Made by a program: the position numbers and the translations under genes
Shown here: positions 11,524 through 24,869 of the stretch, in pieces
Layout of the letters: each line of letters begins with the position of its first letter
Numbering within the stretch: position 1 is the first letter of the stretch
The notes under the pieces: generated by a model
Seen by the model: the letters and a program-made list of their open reading frames with translations, nothing else
Told to the model about the DNA's origin: nothing
The model's database searches: none
Assembly (NCBI RefSeq): GCF_030028105.1
Contig: NC_092371.1
Coordinates: 132,004,766-132,068,765 of the forward strand
DNA from: Mobula birostris
Lineage: Eukaryota
Reading direction: 5' to 3'
Length of the DNA: 64,000 nucleotides

Positions 11524-14500
11524 TTTTTTATATAAGTATCTTATTTTCAAAATTTTCACAAAAAAAACTATGAAATCAACAAAAACATACCAGCTCAGAC
11601 ATGTATAAAAAAGAAATAGGCAAAAAAAAGACATAACATTAGAGGGATGCCTATTGTACAAAGTGCTCAAAAATACTAAACATTAAATCTCAAATGAGAG
11701 CCCTGAGAAATCAGCTGGGGGGAAATTGCTCATCCGCCCCCGGCCTGGTCCAGGTAGGCAAGAAATGGATCCCAGATAGCCGAAAATTTTTTACTTGAAT
11801 TGGTTTTCAAGAACCTAAGTTTCTCCATCTGTATGACTGAGATCATATCAGCCATCCATCTCCGAATGGAAGGGGGAGAAGGTGATTTCCATTCCATCAA
11901 GATAAGTCTTTTGGCAACAATCATCCCCAGCATCAGAGACCGTTGTATGGCTGCAGGGAAACAAATAGCAGATTGCGAGCAGCCAAATATAGCGAGACCA
12001 GCTTCCAAGGGGAAGGATCTTTTATAGGCCTTTCAGTACCAGTTGAATATTTTGGACCAAAATCCAGTCAGTAATGGGCAAAACCAAAAGGTGTGTGACA
12101 ACGTGGCTTCCATTCCTTGGCATCTATCACACATTGGCGAGACAGAAGGGTAAATCCCGTGCAATCTAAGTTTACAGTAATGGAGACGGTGGACAACTTT
12201 AAACTGGGTCAGTTGGTGCCTGCTGTTAACAGAGTAAGCCTTATCCCAGGCAGCTTCAGATAATTCAATGCCCAACTCCTCTCTCCAGGTGTGTCTAATC
12301 TTCATAGTAGACACCACAGTGCAATTATCAAACAAATGTACAAACTTAGAAACGAGATGCCTGGAGTCAGGAGGGTTCTTTAAAATATCAAAAAACATAT
12401 GTTTCCCTGGAAGGATTTCAAAATTACAAATCTTAGACTGAATGTAGTGTCTAATTTGCAAATAATGAAAAAAGTACGAATGAGGCAGCTCAAACTTCTC
12501 TTTCAGCAGACTAAATGTTGCAAACCATCCCTCTATGTACAGGTCTTCAATAGAAACTAGACCCTTCTCCCTCCAAGCATGGTAGGTTTTATCTAATCAT
12601 GAGGGTAGAAAGGAATGATTGAAACAGATTGGTGTTTGTACAGAGGTCTCTGGTAAATTCAGAACACTCCTCCTCTGATGTAGAATTCTGATGGAATTTT
12701 TCAAAACAAAACTCAAACTTTTTGAAGTCCCAGGCTTCTCTAACTTGGAGAACAGCATGGCTGGCAAGGAGGAATTGACAACAGAGTTGGACTCCATACA
12801 CAGCCACAAAACATTAGAACCCTAGCACTGACAGCCCAATAATAGTGTCTAATCCCAGCCCTCCTTCAGACTTGAGCTTTTGTAAATGGATTTTCAAAAT
12901 CCTGTGATTCTTATAATTCCAGATATAAGACAATATTATGGAGTCCAACTCTTTAAAGAAAGCTGATGGAAGAAAAATGGGGAGATTTTGACAAAGATAA
13001 AGAAACCTAGGAAGGGAAACCATTTTAATTGAATTTATACCACCAATCATGGACAGAGGTAGAGTTTTCCAACTTTCTATATTCTGTTTTAAGTTTTGAA
13101 ATAAACTCCACGAAGTTTAATTTGAATATTAATTTAGAATCTTTGGGGATTGTCGAGCCGAGATAAGTAACTACTTTCAACGGGACACTTTCCAAAAAAC
13201 CCCGTGTGTAGTCATTGGAGAGGGGCACAAAGTCACTTTTCGTCCAATTGAGTGAGTATGCCGATAGTCTGCCAAAAGAGGTGATTAAATTTAGAAGGGG
13301 GACTGACTTTTCTGAGTTTTGTAAGTAGAGTATCACATCGTCAGCATATCAACTAGTAAGTGTGTCATTCCTCCCACTTTCAAACCCAGAATATTTGGGT
13401 GACATCTTATTTTTAAGGCAAGGGGCTCTACTGCGACGGCAAAAAGGGCCGGCGAGAGAGGGCGCCCCCTGCTGGACTGAACGGTGTAGGGGAAACTGAG
13501 CTGACTTGTCACCATTAGTTATAATAGAACACATTGGGCTAGTGTTGATCAGTTTTACCCAAGATACAAATAACTCCCCAAGCCCAAACCTGTACAGTGA
13601 CTCAAACATGTAAGGCCACTCAATCTGGTCAAAAGCCTTTTGTGCATCAAGGGATAAAATTGCTGCCCCATTAGCTTTCCCATGATCCGCGTATATAGTA
13701 TTAAGGAGGCATCTGACATTGGAAAAAGAGAACCTACCTGGGACAAATCCTGTCTGATCAGGATGAATGATAGATGACAAATACTTATTTAGTTGGTTAG
13801 CCAGCATTTTAGTAATTACTTTTCTATCAAAATTCTGGAGTGCAATGGGCCTATAGCTGGCCGGGTCTGTTTCGTCTTTACCATTCTTTAAAATGAGGGA
13901 AATGTTAGCCTCGTACAATGTTTTATCTCCCTCAGAGCAAAATATCATTCTGAGGAGAAGTGGGGCAAGGGTATCACAGAATTTCTTATAAAATTCACAG
14001 CCAAATCCAGCAGTCTTGCCGGATGGAAATGACTTAATGGCAGAAGTTATTTCTTCCAATGTGAAGGCAGAAGTTATTTCTTCCAATGTGAAGTCAGAAT
14101 CTAAATCCTCCCTAGCAGCGTCACTAAGTTTCAGCATTACAAGAGAGTCAAAGAAGTCATTCAAATCAGATAGCGTGGCATTGCATTTAGAGGTGCACAG
14201 TTCACTGTAAAATTCCTTAAAACAGTCATTTATCCCCTTGGGGTTAGTTAGCAGGTGCCCGCCCTCGATCTAATGCAGTGAATTGACCTCAGGGCCTGGG
14301 CGCCCCTGAGCTGCCGCGCCAGGAGCCCCTCAGGCTTCTCCCCCATTTCGAAATGCTTTTATCTTAATTTTAACAGGAGGTTATTTATTTGACTACCCAA
14401 GATACAATTGTACTCATACTTAAGCTTCATTATTTTATTATAATCTTCAGAGGATTTCGAAGCCTGGTATGTCACTTCGATGGTTGGGAGAGTATTCTCA

Positions 14501-16931
14501 ATCTCTAATAATCGCCCTTCTCTCTCCCTCTTAGCATCGGATTCACATGAAATTATATACCCAAGAATTACAACTTTTAATGTCTCCCAGAGTGTGGAAT
14601 CTGACACCTCGCCGTTATCATTAATTTCTATAAAATCTTTTAATCTGGTGGTGATATATTCTATAAATTTCTTATCGACGAGTAGGGAGGGGTTAAAATG
14701 CCAGGAATAGATTTGTTTGGAAAGGGAGAGATTTAGTGACATTGTCAAGGGGCTATGGTCAGAAATTAAACTATCATGATACTTTGTATTGGTAACACGA
14801 GATATTAAATGAGAGTCAACCAAAAATAGACTATTCTGCTATAAGATTTGTGAACGTGAGAATAATAAGAATAATCCTTGTTGACGGGATGTTGAACTCA
14901 CCAAATATCTACTAAATTCCTAGATCTAATCAAATTATTTAGGGCCTGCACTGACACGATATTTGAGGGTGGGCGGGAGGACAATCTATCTAAATATGGG
15001 TCCAGGTAGCAATTCAAGTCACCGCTGATTATTATATTTGAATTACCGGCATCTGGAAGTAAATCAAAAGCTTTCCTAAAAAGATTTCGCTCGTCTGTGT
15101 TTGGACCATAAATACTAAGGAAGGTTAGCAGAAACGAATTAATGGTGCCAGAGATCATCATAAATCTGCCAAGAGGGCCTGTGGTCATGGAAGTGAGTTG
15201 AAATGGAATATTTTTCCTAAAGAGGACAGCCACACCACGGGCATGAGAAGTAAATGATGACTGGTAAACCTGCGATATCCAGCTAGACCTCAATCTGCAT
15301 TGCTCAGTTACTTTGATATGGGTTTCCTGCAGAAAAATCACATTCTGCAGATTTGAGATGTCTAAAAACTTTATCCCTCTTAGCAACATGACCAAGGCCC
15401 TTAACATTCCACGAGACTATTGTAATATCTTTACCCCCCCCCAGCTGTGTTCTACCGCAAGGCCTCTGCATATGAGAATAAAAAGGAGATTATTAGAGTT
15501 GAGCACAAACATAGTAAACAATGCAAAATAACTGGCAGCTTCATAAGAACACAACATCCACCAAAAAAACATGTCTGAGCTATAAACAGGAACAACGCAC
15601 ACCCTAACCCACCCCCTTCGTGTCTCCCTAAACCAGACACATAGTTCCCCATTTCCATCCCAAAAGGAGCTGCTGGGCAGGTAACTAACATTACACAATT
15701 ATCACAAACCCCCTCTCCGAGAAAATTTATAACACAAATTATATAATACCATTAAACAAATGCTATTATGGCTGGGGAGATGTATCCAACCCTTATAACA
15801 AAAATATTTAGAACATTCTCTGCAATTAAATTCCAGTGTGACATACAGCATTTCAAAACTACATATAACAAGCAAGTCCCTCCCCTTATCCCAACATGGA
15901 AACCGGCACAAATATAAGCTGAATAAACTGTCAATATATCTACTCCCTTTTGAGTGCATTATTCCTTTCCAAGAATTGTGCTGCTTCTATCGGGTCGTCA
16001 CATACTTTAGGCGCTCTTCCATCTTGATGATAAATATAGAGCCTAGCCGGATATCGCATCGTGTGCTTGATTCCTCCATCACGCAGAGTTTGCAGTACAT
16101 CACGAAAGGCACGACATTGAGTCATCGCCTCTTTAGTATAGTCCGGGAAGATCAAGACCTTATTCCCCTTGTACTCCATGGGTCGTAATCTGCTGCGGCG
16201 CAGGATCAGCCCTTTCACTTGAAAGTGATGGATACGTGCCAAGATGGTGCGCAGTTTCCCGCTGGCAGCCGGCTTCGGATAGACAGAGCGATGTGCGCAA
16301 TCGACTTTAACCGGATATGGGAAATGCTCTTCCCCAAGCAACTTAGGAATCAGTCTGGAAACAAATTCAGTAGGTTTACCACCCTCCTTGCCCTCTTGTA
16401 TTCCTACAATCTTAATATTATGTCTCTAAGTCATGCACTTCAGCTTCAAGCTGGCTATTTTGTCTCATTAGCTCTGAATACTTAACTTCAAGCTCTAGCA
16501 CGCGTGTTTCAAGGTCACTGGTGGTTAGTTCTTGACTAGCCACACGGGCTTGTAAGTCAGCCTGGGAGGCCACAAGCGCCTCAAACTTGGTCTCAAAAAC
16601 ATCAAAGCGGTCGTTAATGTCGCGCAGAACTGACTCAGAAATCTCCCGACCTAATTCCTTACACATGGCTCAAGTTTTATCCGGCGGTATCTCAGACGCG
16701 GAGAAGTTCTTTACAGACCCCTCGTTAGCACTAACTTGGGTAGTTTGGCAGTCAGCAGTCTCGGATTTATTTGCCTTCGGCATTGTCAAACTTTTCCAGA
16801 CACTTAGTTTAGACATACTGTTGGCCTATGAATGAATAAAACACAGTATAATAGTAATTTTATCGAGGCCTCAGAGAGGAGCACTGACCAAACATGGCTA
16901 ATCCATACGCATGCGTACTAGCGTCCCCCCT
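11524..16931 (-). mobile_element. Full-length degenerate L1-clade LINE (ORF1 ~16783-15940; ORF2 EN+RT ~15410-11730)
   Basis: ORF1 coiled-coil and IFPDY/MRYPARL motifs. ORF2 FLQETH, GDLN, SDH (APE endonuclease), YRPIAL, DQTGF, SLDAQKAFD (RT). Poly(A) remnant at 11521-11529, G-rich 5' start, TSD cacttggttcttt (11511-11523) / cactcggttcttt (16932-16944). Many frameshifts. Confidence 0.92.
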
Positions 16932-17284
16932 CACTCGGTTCTTTACTGTTGTTCGTGTCGTTGGGTGAGTGAATGGACATCAGTACTAAAACAAGTCACT
17001 GGACATGAATTAAACAACAGGGATGTCATACTGACTGATCTAAATACAGTAGACTCAGTGGGGGAAGGAGACAGGAACAGAGTCTAAGATGATACTCGGA
17101 GGCAGCCTGGTCTCAGGTTTCCCTCAACGTGAAGATGGTTCTTTCCCTGTAGAGGGGCTATTGAGGTGTAGGCTTCTTCCCATATTCCTTCAAGTGAGGT
17201 ACTTCCACTAAATGACACAAAATTAATAAATTTTATTTAATAAAATTAATATCTTACTGCTTCACTTGCCAGTTTAACACTTAC

Positions 17285-17370
17285 ATAAGCCAGGTAGAAA
17301 CAGTTTTTGAGCTGCAAGTACTTCTTCCATTTTGCTGTGTAGCTAGGATCCAAGGTGGTAAGGCTGTTAT
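17285..17370 (-). CDS. BROX: BROX coding exon 8 (86 nt): [29 protein letters not shown]
   Basis: CAG/GTAAGT boundaries; phase-compatible. Confidence 0.94.
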
Positions 17371-17550
17371 CTGCAGCATAAAGATGGTCAGATGAGAACT
17401 GTAGTCTCCGTCTTCAAATATACTAACACTCTGCTCTATCCACCACTGTCTCAACTCATCTGCTCTTAAATCTTACTGACACTCTGTCTATTCCAAATCA
17501 TTCCTGGTCACCTTCCACACTTAACGCTCTTTAAACTATCCTGTCTGTCC

Positions 17551-17890
17551 CCTGCCATTGATCCACGCCCAGTCCCATCCCCCGCCATTGATCCACGCCC
17601 AGTCCCGTCCCCCGCCATTGATCCACGCCCAGTCCCGTCCCCCGCCATTGATCCACGCCCAGTCCCGTCCCCCGCCATTGATCCACGCCCAGTCCCGTCC
17701 CCCGCCATTGATCCACGCCCAGTCCCGTCCCCCGCCATTGATCCACGCCCAGTCCCGTCCCCCGCCATTGATCCACGTCCAGTCCCGTCCCCCGCCATTG
17801 ATCCACGCCCAGTCCCGTCCCCCGCCATTGATCCACGCCCAGTCCCGTCCCCGCGCCATTGATCCACACCCAGTTTCGTCCCCTGCCACC
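17551..17890. repeat. 30-bp GC-rich minisatellite, ~11 copies (cccgccattgatccacgcccagtcccgtcc)
   Basis: Directly visible tandem units with very few substitutions. Confidence 0.97.
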
Positions 17891-18464
17891 ATCACTCAGG
17901 TTTCTCCTTGGACATTCACTCATTCCTACTTTGGTAATTTCCTCCAGACCCACAACTTTCCAGAGCTCTATATGCTCCCATTTTATCCTGTATTTTAAAG
18001 TCACTTCACCATGCATGGCTGTGCGTATACTTGCCAAGATTCCAAACTCTGGAATTTCCTTCCCTATCCCCCCCCCCACTTTTTTTTTAAACCTTATGAT
18101 GCTCCTTGAAATATCTTATTCACCACCCAAGCATTTCCTGACTTAACTGAGTGTTAACTGAGTGTTATTTTACACGGCATTGGATAGATCTTTAATAGCA
18201 CCACAGGAAGCCCTGTTTGCTCCCTTCAAGTTACAAAAATGGATCTAGCAGGTTGCTGAGTGTAATGACCAAGACAGAGTCCGATGAAGCACATCTCTGC
18301 TGAACAAGCTGATAAAGAGATGGCTGCAAGCGTCCGACAAGAGGCCATAACACCACCAGGGTAAGAAGGGTTGGTCTAGCCAAGTCAGAACAGCATAGGA
18401 ACAAGCCCTTTGGTCCAGCTGATCCATGCTGACCAAGGTGGCCATCAAAGCTAGTTGGATGTAT

Positions 18465-20085
18465 GACAACTCTGGCAGGGTTTGCAAGACATTACTTCCT
18501 ACAAAGCGAAACCCAATAGCATGAATGGCAGCTATGTGCCACCACCAGATGAACTCAACGCCTTCTATGCCCACTTTGAAAGGGAGAATATAACTACAGC
18601 TGTGAAGATCCTTCCCTGCTGCACCTGATGACCCTGTGCCCTCTGTCTCAGAGGCCGATGTTAGGCTGTTTCCAAAGAGGGTGAACCCTCGCAAGGCAGA
18701 AGGTCCCGATGGAGTACCTGGTATGGCTCTGAAAACCTGTACCAACCAACTGGCAGGAGTATTCAAGGACATTTTCAATCTCTCACTGCTACGGGTGGAA
18801 GTTCCCACTTGCTTCAAAAAGGCAACAATTATACCAGTGCCTAAGAAGAATAATATGAGCTGCCTTAATGACTATCACCCCATAGCACTCACATCGACAG
18901 TGATGAAACACTTTGAGAGGTTGGTCATGACTAGACTGAACTTCTGCCACAATAGGTCAGCAGCAGATGCAATCTCAATGGCTCTGTACTTCCCTCTGCA
19001 ATTGGATCCTCGACTTCCTAACTGGAAGACCACAATCTGTGTGGATTAGTGATAACATCTCCTCCTCGCTGACGACCAACACTGGTGCACCTCGGGTGTG
19101 TGCTTCGCCCACTGTTCTACTCTCTGTATACACATGACTGTGTGGCTAGGCATAGCTCAAATACCATCTACAAATTTGCTGATGACACAACCATAGTTGG
19201 TAAAATCTCAGGTGGTGACGAGAAGGCGTACAGGAGTGAGATATGCCAACTAGTGGAATGGTGCCGCAGTAACAACCTGGCACTCAATGTCAGTAAGACG
19301 AAAGAACTGATTGTGGACTTCAGGATGGGTAAGACAAAGGAACACATACCAATCCTCAAAGAGGGATCAGAAGTGGAGAGAGTGAGCAGTTTCAAGTTCC
19401 TGGGTGTCAAGATCTCTGAGGACCTAACCTGGTCCCAACATATCGATGCAGTTATAAAGAAGGCAAGACAGCGACTATATTTCATTAGGAGTTCGAAGAG
19501 ATTTGGCATGTCAACAGATACACTCAGAAACTTCTATAGATTTATCTTGGACAGCATTCTGACAGGCTGCATCACTGTCTGGTATGGGGGGGGGGGGGGA
19601 GGGGAGGGGGCTACTGCACAAGACCGGAAGAAGCTGCAGAAGGTTGTAAATCTAGTCGGCTCCATCTTGGGTACTTGCCTACAAACTGCCCAGGACATCT
19701 TCAAGGAGCAGTGTCTCAGAAAGGCAGCGTCCATTATTAAGGACCTCCAGCAACCCAGGGCATGCCCTTTTCTCACTGTTACCATCAGGTAGGAGGTACA
19801 GAAGCCTGAAGGCACACACTCAGCGATTCAGGAACAGCTTCTTCCCCTTTGCCATCCGATTCCTAAATGGACTTTGAATCCTTGAACACTACCTTAACTT
19901 TTTAAGTATATATTATTTCTGTTTTTTGCATGATTTTTAATCTATTCAATACACATATACTGTAATTTATTTACTATTTTACTTTTTTTCCTTTTATATT
20001 ATGTATTGCATTGCACTGCACTGCTGCTGCTAAGTTAACAAATTTCACGACACATGCCGGCGATAATAAACCTGACTCTGATTTT
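18465..20085 (+). mobile_element. Rex1/Babar-type LINE, 5'-truncated and internally deleted
   Basis: [45 protein letters not shown] motifs; 3' tail aataaacctgactctgatt. Confidence 0.85.
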
Positions 20086-20580
20086 CTCCACATCTTTTCA
20101 ACCTTTCCTTTCTATATACCTATCCAAATGTCTTTCAAACATCATTGTTGGACCTACCTCAACTACTTTCTCTCGCTGCTTGTTTCATATACCACCATCC
20201 TCTGCATGAAGTTTCCCATCAGATCCCATTTAAATATTTCTTCAAGTATGATGTACATTCACAAGGAATAAAAAACTTATTGTACATATCAAAGAAACTC
20301 TCTCCCTGTCTGTACAGGATTGGAATCCATACAACCAGCAGCAGTCACAACAGTGCAGAAACAAACACAGAGTTTAATTCATTTCAATTACTAATCTCCT
20401 TTAGTTTATGTATCCAAACAGGTAGAATATTTTAACGCATGAGCTCGGAGTGGGGTGGGAGATAGTGCAGTGGGATGAAGAGAAGGAAAGTTAAACTCCT
20501 ACCCCTCTGACACCACTGGATGTCAAGGTTGCTGCCCAGTGTCTCAGGAAAATTTCATCCTTGCTTTCAACAATAGATCC

Positions 20581-20717
20581 AAAAGACAAGACCATGGAGT
20601 GATTAGTAAAAGACAAGACCATGGAGCGATTAGTAAAAGACAAGACCATGGAGTGATTAGTAAAAGACAAGACCATGGAGTGATTAGTAAAAGACAAGAC
20701 CATGGAGTGATTAGTAA
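20581..20717. repeat. 27-bp tandem repeat, 5 copies (aaaagacaagaccatggagtgattagt)
   Basis: Visible tandem units, one substitution in total. Confidence 0.97.
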
Positions 20718-20992
20718 CCCAGGCTGACTTGCCAAGTTTGATCAACTGAGCCGCCCTTCCAGTAATACTCTTATTGGGATGTTAGTCTGGCCTAGATTAC
20801 TAGGACCACCAGGAATGTTCCTACATCCTTTGCACGGACAAACTTGAACAGCAAGGGAAGTCAGCAGACGTGCCAGTGGCTAATAAAAGGTCAGCGGAAT
20901 CCCCCCCAGAACATTAAATAACATTTCTTTCAATGATCAACAAGTTCTTTCTAACACAATGGAAAAGAGCAGGAGGGAATCAGCAAACTCAC

Positions 20993-21082
20993 CAGCTTTC
21001 TGGTAAAAGTTAGCCGTTTCATAGGCCAGAGCTGCAATTAGACCTGGATTGTGCTTCAGTTCAATGGCTCTTGCGATGGTCA
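20993..21082 (-). CDS. BROX: BROX coding exon 7 (90 nt): [30 protein letters not shown]
   Basis: AG/GTGAGT boundaries; nearly identical to the recalled BROX peptide. Confidence 0.96.
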
Positions 21083-21609
21083 CTTTAATTAAAGGCAAAT
21101 AGATGGTCACTTGATGGTGAAACAATTGCGCTCAATTTTTTAATCTCTTAATATTGTATCAGGTGAGTAATTTATATACATTTATCTGAGCGTTCTCCAT
21201 GAGACTTGGAGCTGACAGAGAAGAATTAACAGGAGCAATAAGGGAGCACATCGTCCTAACTGGTGCACAACATGATGTGGCACATTTGGTGTCGGTTATG
21301 CTGCTCATGTGAAAGTGTGTGGCACAGGATAGGTTTTTACTGGCATATTATTCCTAGTTCTACCATTTTAGTTCTGATAAGAATCATACAGCATGGAATC
21401 AGGCCCTTTGGTCCAAATTGTCCATGTTGACTAGGAAGCCCATCAAAGCTCACCTAACTTGCTCAAGTCTGGCTGCAGGGTCTAAACTTAACCTTACCAG
21501 AAGCTGCCTGACCTGCTGAGTTGTTTTTTGGCCAATATTTTGCTTCTTGCTGGTTGCCTCAGGAGAGGGCAGTGAGCAGGCATACTCATGAACTGCTGTA
21601 CTGTAACAG

Positions 21610-21895
21610 GGCTGCCACAGTAGTATAGCAGTGAGCAGGATGCTATTACAGCTTGAGGAGTCCAGGAGTTTGGAATTCAATTTCCATTGCCATCTGCAAG
21701 GAGTTTGTACATTCTCCCCGTGTTTCCTCTGGGTGCTCTGGTTTTCTCCCACAGTCCAAAGACATACTGGTTAGTAGGTTAACTTGGTCATTATAAATTG
21801 TCCCGTGATTAGGCTAATGTTAAATATCGGTGGATTCCTGGGCGGGTGCAGCTCGTTGGGATGGAAGGGCCTGTTCTGTATGTTTAAATAAAGAT
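21610..21895 (+). mobile_element. HE1/V-SINE-like SINE
   Basis: tRNA-like head plus V-domain 'ggagtttgtacattctccccgtg...ggttttctcccacagtccaaagac'. Confidence 0.7.
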
Positions 21896-22185
21896 AAATC
21901 AACCTGCTGGGCTGCATGAAAGGATAGCGGCTAGAGGGCAGTAATTAACCAATTGGGCTTTTAATGATAATCTTTAAGTTTCACAGTCACTTTTACAGAT
22001 AACTTTTTTTTAGTTTTGGATAATTACAGAAACTGAATGCCATACAGCATCTGAAGTCTGATTCTCAAGGCTTTTTGTCTGGTAAAATTTAAACTTTTGC
22101 CTTCTTTTGATAACAGCAGGGTGATATTGCCTTGGCTACAATGGGAAATAGTTTGGTGCTCTGGGCATTGTCTCCCCATTTGTAC

Positions 22186-22291
22186 CTTCTTGAGCCTCAG
22201 CTTGACACTGAACAATGTAGGTATCAAGCACCCGTGATTCGAGGTCTTTTCCTTTCTCGGGAGCTGTCACAAGTTTGCCGACTTCATTTTC
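22186..22291 (-). CDS. BROX: BROX coding exon 6 (106 nt): ENEVGKLVTAPEKGKDLESRVLDTYIVQCQAEAQE
   Basis: AG/GT boundaries; QCQAEAQE motif. Confidence 0.95.
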
Positions 22292-23835
22292 CTGAGCAAA
22301 ACAGAAGTAAATTACATTAAAGCCAGCTCTAACTTGTGAATGCAGATAAAGACTGAGGATTCAGTAGACCAGAAACAGAAAACTAAAAGAAACGCATGTT
22401 CTCTGGCACAGGAGGATGGGCACCTTACCTGCACCATTTGTAGCCACAGTGAATGACAAATTGTGCTCCTTTTCTGAGGTTACTAAATGTAGCCAGCCTA
22501 AGTAAAAAAACATCTAGCATTGTGGGGTGGGGGATGGATTAAAGTAAGTGGAAATTAAACACTTATTTGTTGTTTACCTGGTAGTTCATTGGGTAAATTT
22601 AATATATTATAAAACTGATTTGAGATTTTAGTTGTATTGTCAAGCAGCTGTTCTGAAACCTACTGAAGAGATAGTATATCATAGCATTTGACTTCTGCCC
22701 ATGGTCTATAAAACCATATACAGCTGCAAATCCAAGAGAAATTCACAATTCCATTTCAAGGGAAGTTTTATTTATTTCCTCACCTCATCCTGAACTTGGA
22801 TTTATTTACAAAAATTGTAATTGGGAAGAGCCAGATTGCAACTGCCTGTAACCAAGAGCTTATGGAATGTAATCAAAAGCTGACAGACATCAAAGTGATT
22901 TTATTTCTTCTTGAAGTGCAAGTGATTTGTAATGCACTTGTACTGTTTTACAATGTACGGTTTATACTGACTGTACATGAAAACTATTCTACTTGTCAAA
23001 TACAAGTGAGAATTAAAATTCCTACACTGGAAACAATTTCTATACGATGGGCAACCTCTGCATTATGGGTTACAGAAATTTGCCTTTACAGAATTCACAA
23101 ATCACTGCCCAAAAATTTGATATTATAAAGTTCGCTTATAAAATTTATGAAATTTGTGATCACACAAATCTGTGAATTTTTTTCCCCAAACTCTCATTTC
23201 TTGATGCATGCATAGATGTCACGGCCCTGCATTGTAGAAAGTTGTGCTACAAACCATTTCTTAGAAACATAACCAGTCCATCCCTGTAATACAGGATTCA
23301 CTTGTAAAATATTTTGAAAAGAAAGTGGAAAGATAGCGTTATTAGTCTATTTAATTCATTGTCTGGATCTGGGACACATTCACAATTTGTGAATAAAATC
23401 CTATCATATGATTGATACATATACCAAGCAAGTTGGTATAAGTATCAATGAAGGAAGGTGGTTCATGAATTAATTAAACCTCATGCTTCTGTCGAACAAC
23501 TCCACTGTTTCACAAGAATTCAGCTAGGCTTGATCAATATTGTATTTGGAGCCAAAGTTGATACCACTTGTACTCTATGGTATCTAGTTGGGGCATGGGA
23601 CTGCTGTGAAGCCAAAAAATATTTCTGAAATAATTGAAACTTTCTACTGTGCTTGACAATTCTCCAGGACTGTGTTGCATCAAGTATGGATAGAGTTGAA
23701 CTCTGCAGCTGATTATTGGGGAAGATCAGATAGGAATCTCTCTCTCTCGCCCCCTCTCCCCCACCAAACCTTCAGCGAAGCTGCTGTAAATGTGCAGATC
23801 TTCAGGCAGTGGTCAGGAAGGCAGCCATTGCTTAC

Positions 23836-23908
23836 CTTGATATGTTTGAAGATCCCAGCTGCAGTCTTCAAGCTTCTGTGTACCTCCTTTGCTTCATCCA
23901 CTGTAATA
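23836..23908 (-). CDS. BROX: BROX coding exon 5 (73 nt): [24 protein letters not shown]
   Basis: AG/GTAAGC boundaries; AAGIF BRO1 motif. Confidence 0.95.
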
Positions 23909-23998
23909 CTAAGAGTGAATTGACAACATGTAATTCAACTTCAATTCAGAATCAGCTTCACACAAGGATGTTTAGCTTCAAATAATCCAGTTACTTAC

Positions 23999-24094
23999 TC
24001 CTCCTTTCCAGCAAGTCTGGAGGCATACTTTGTGTGCCAAAGAGCGACGTTAAACTCCATAGAGACTAGGTCGAAGATGGCATCCTGTTGAGCA
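23999..24094 (-). CDS. BROX: BROX coding exon 4 (96 nt): [32 protein letters not shown]
   Basis: AG/GTAAGT boundaries; BRO1-domain peptide; followed by a 90-bp intron. Confidence 0.95.
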
Positions 24095-24869
24095 CTGAGA
24101 TCAAAGTCAAAATATTCCAGTTAAATCTTTGATAAACTCCAGAGAAATCCACATCTACATTCAAGATTAAATTTTTGGGGAACCCATTACAAAAAAAGTA
24201 CAAAGGATCAGCATTACAAAAAAAGGGAGTGCAACTTGTCAAGCTTCCAAAGGTTAGTTTGATTAGCAAACAAGGGAATGCTTACCTATACACTACTAGA
24301 GAAGACTACCCATGTCTTAAATACCTCTAGAGTGACTCAGCTAGAAACAATTAGCCAGCAGGTTTCCTGGTTGCATGGCCAAAATTTAGAAAGAATGCAA
24401 AGAGTATCTTCATTGTCAAGAAGGAATGTGGGTAAAACTTCCCTCTAGTGTAAAACTATGTGGTTCATTCATTTTCTTCAGCAAAGAAAGGTGTTACAGG
24501 TTTCAAATTAGTTAAGAAAACATATCTGCTTGTATGACAGTTCAGGACATATAATATTTCCGTGACAACTGGCTCAATAAGTAATTACTCTTCTAATAAT
24601 TTTGCTTCTTTCCTGGCTACCTTGAATTTTGTGAAAGGTTTTTTTTTATAAATTTACAATGGAAATGTTAACCTTTCCCCAAGACAAGATTTGGGAGAAA
24701 AATGCCAAGTGCTTGAAACCAGACCTCCAACACAATGAATTGCCTGTATCTGCAGCATGGGAAACAAATGCTGGAAGCTGAAACAAAAAAAGAGTAATGC
24801 TAGAATAACTCAGCCAGGTGGGCAACATTTGTGGGAAGAGATGCCAGTCAAAGTTACAGGTCATTGTAT

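Noticed and set aside
17508-18079. Several repetitive ORFs (GDGTGRGSMA, GGGRDWAWIN, etc.)
   Set aside because: Artefacts of a 30-bp stop-free minisatellite open in multiple frames within a BROX intron.
20491-20745. Repeat array / repetitive ORFs resembling a CRISPR array
   Set aside because: Head-to-tail 27-bp units with no unique spacers, no cas genes and a eukaryotic context.
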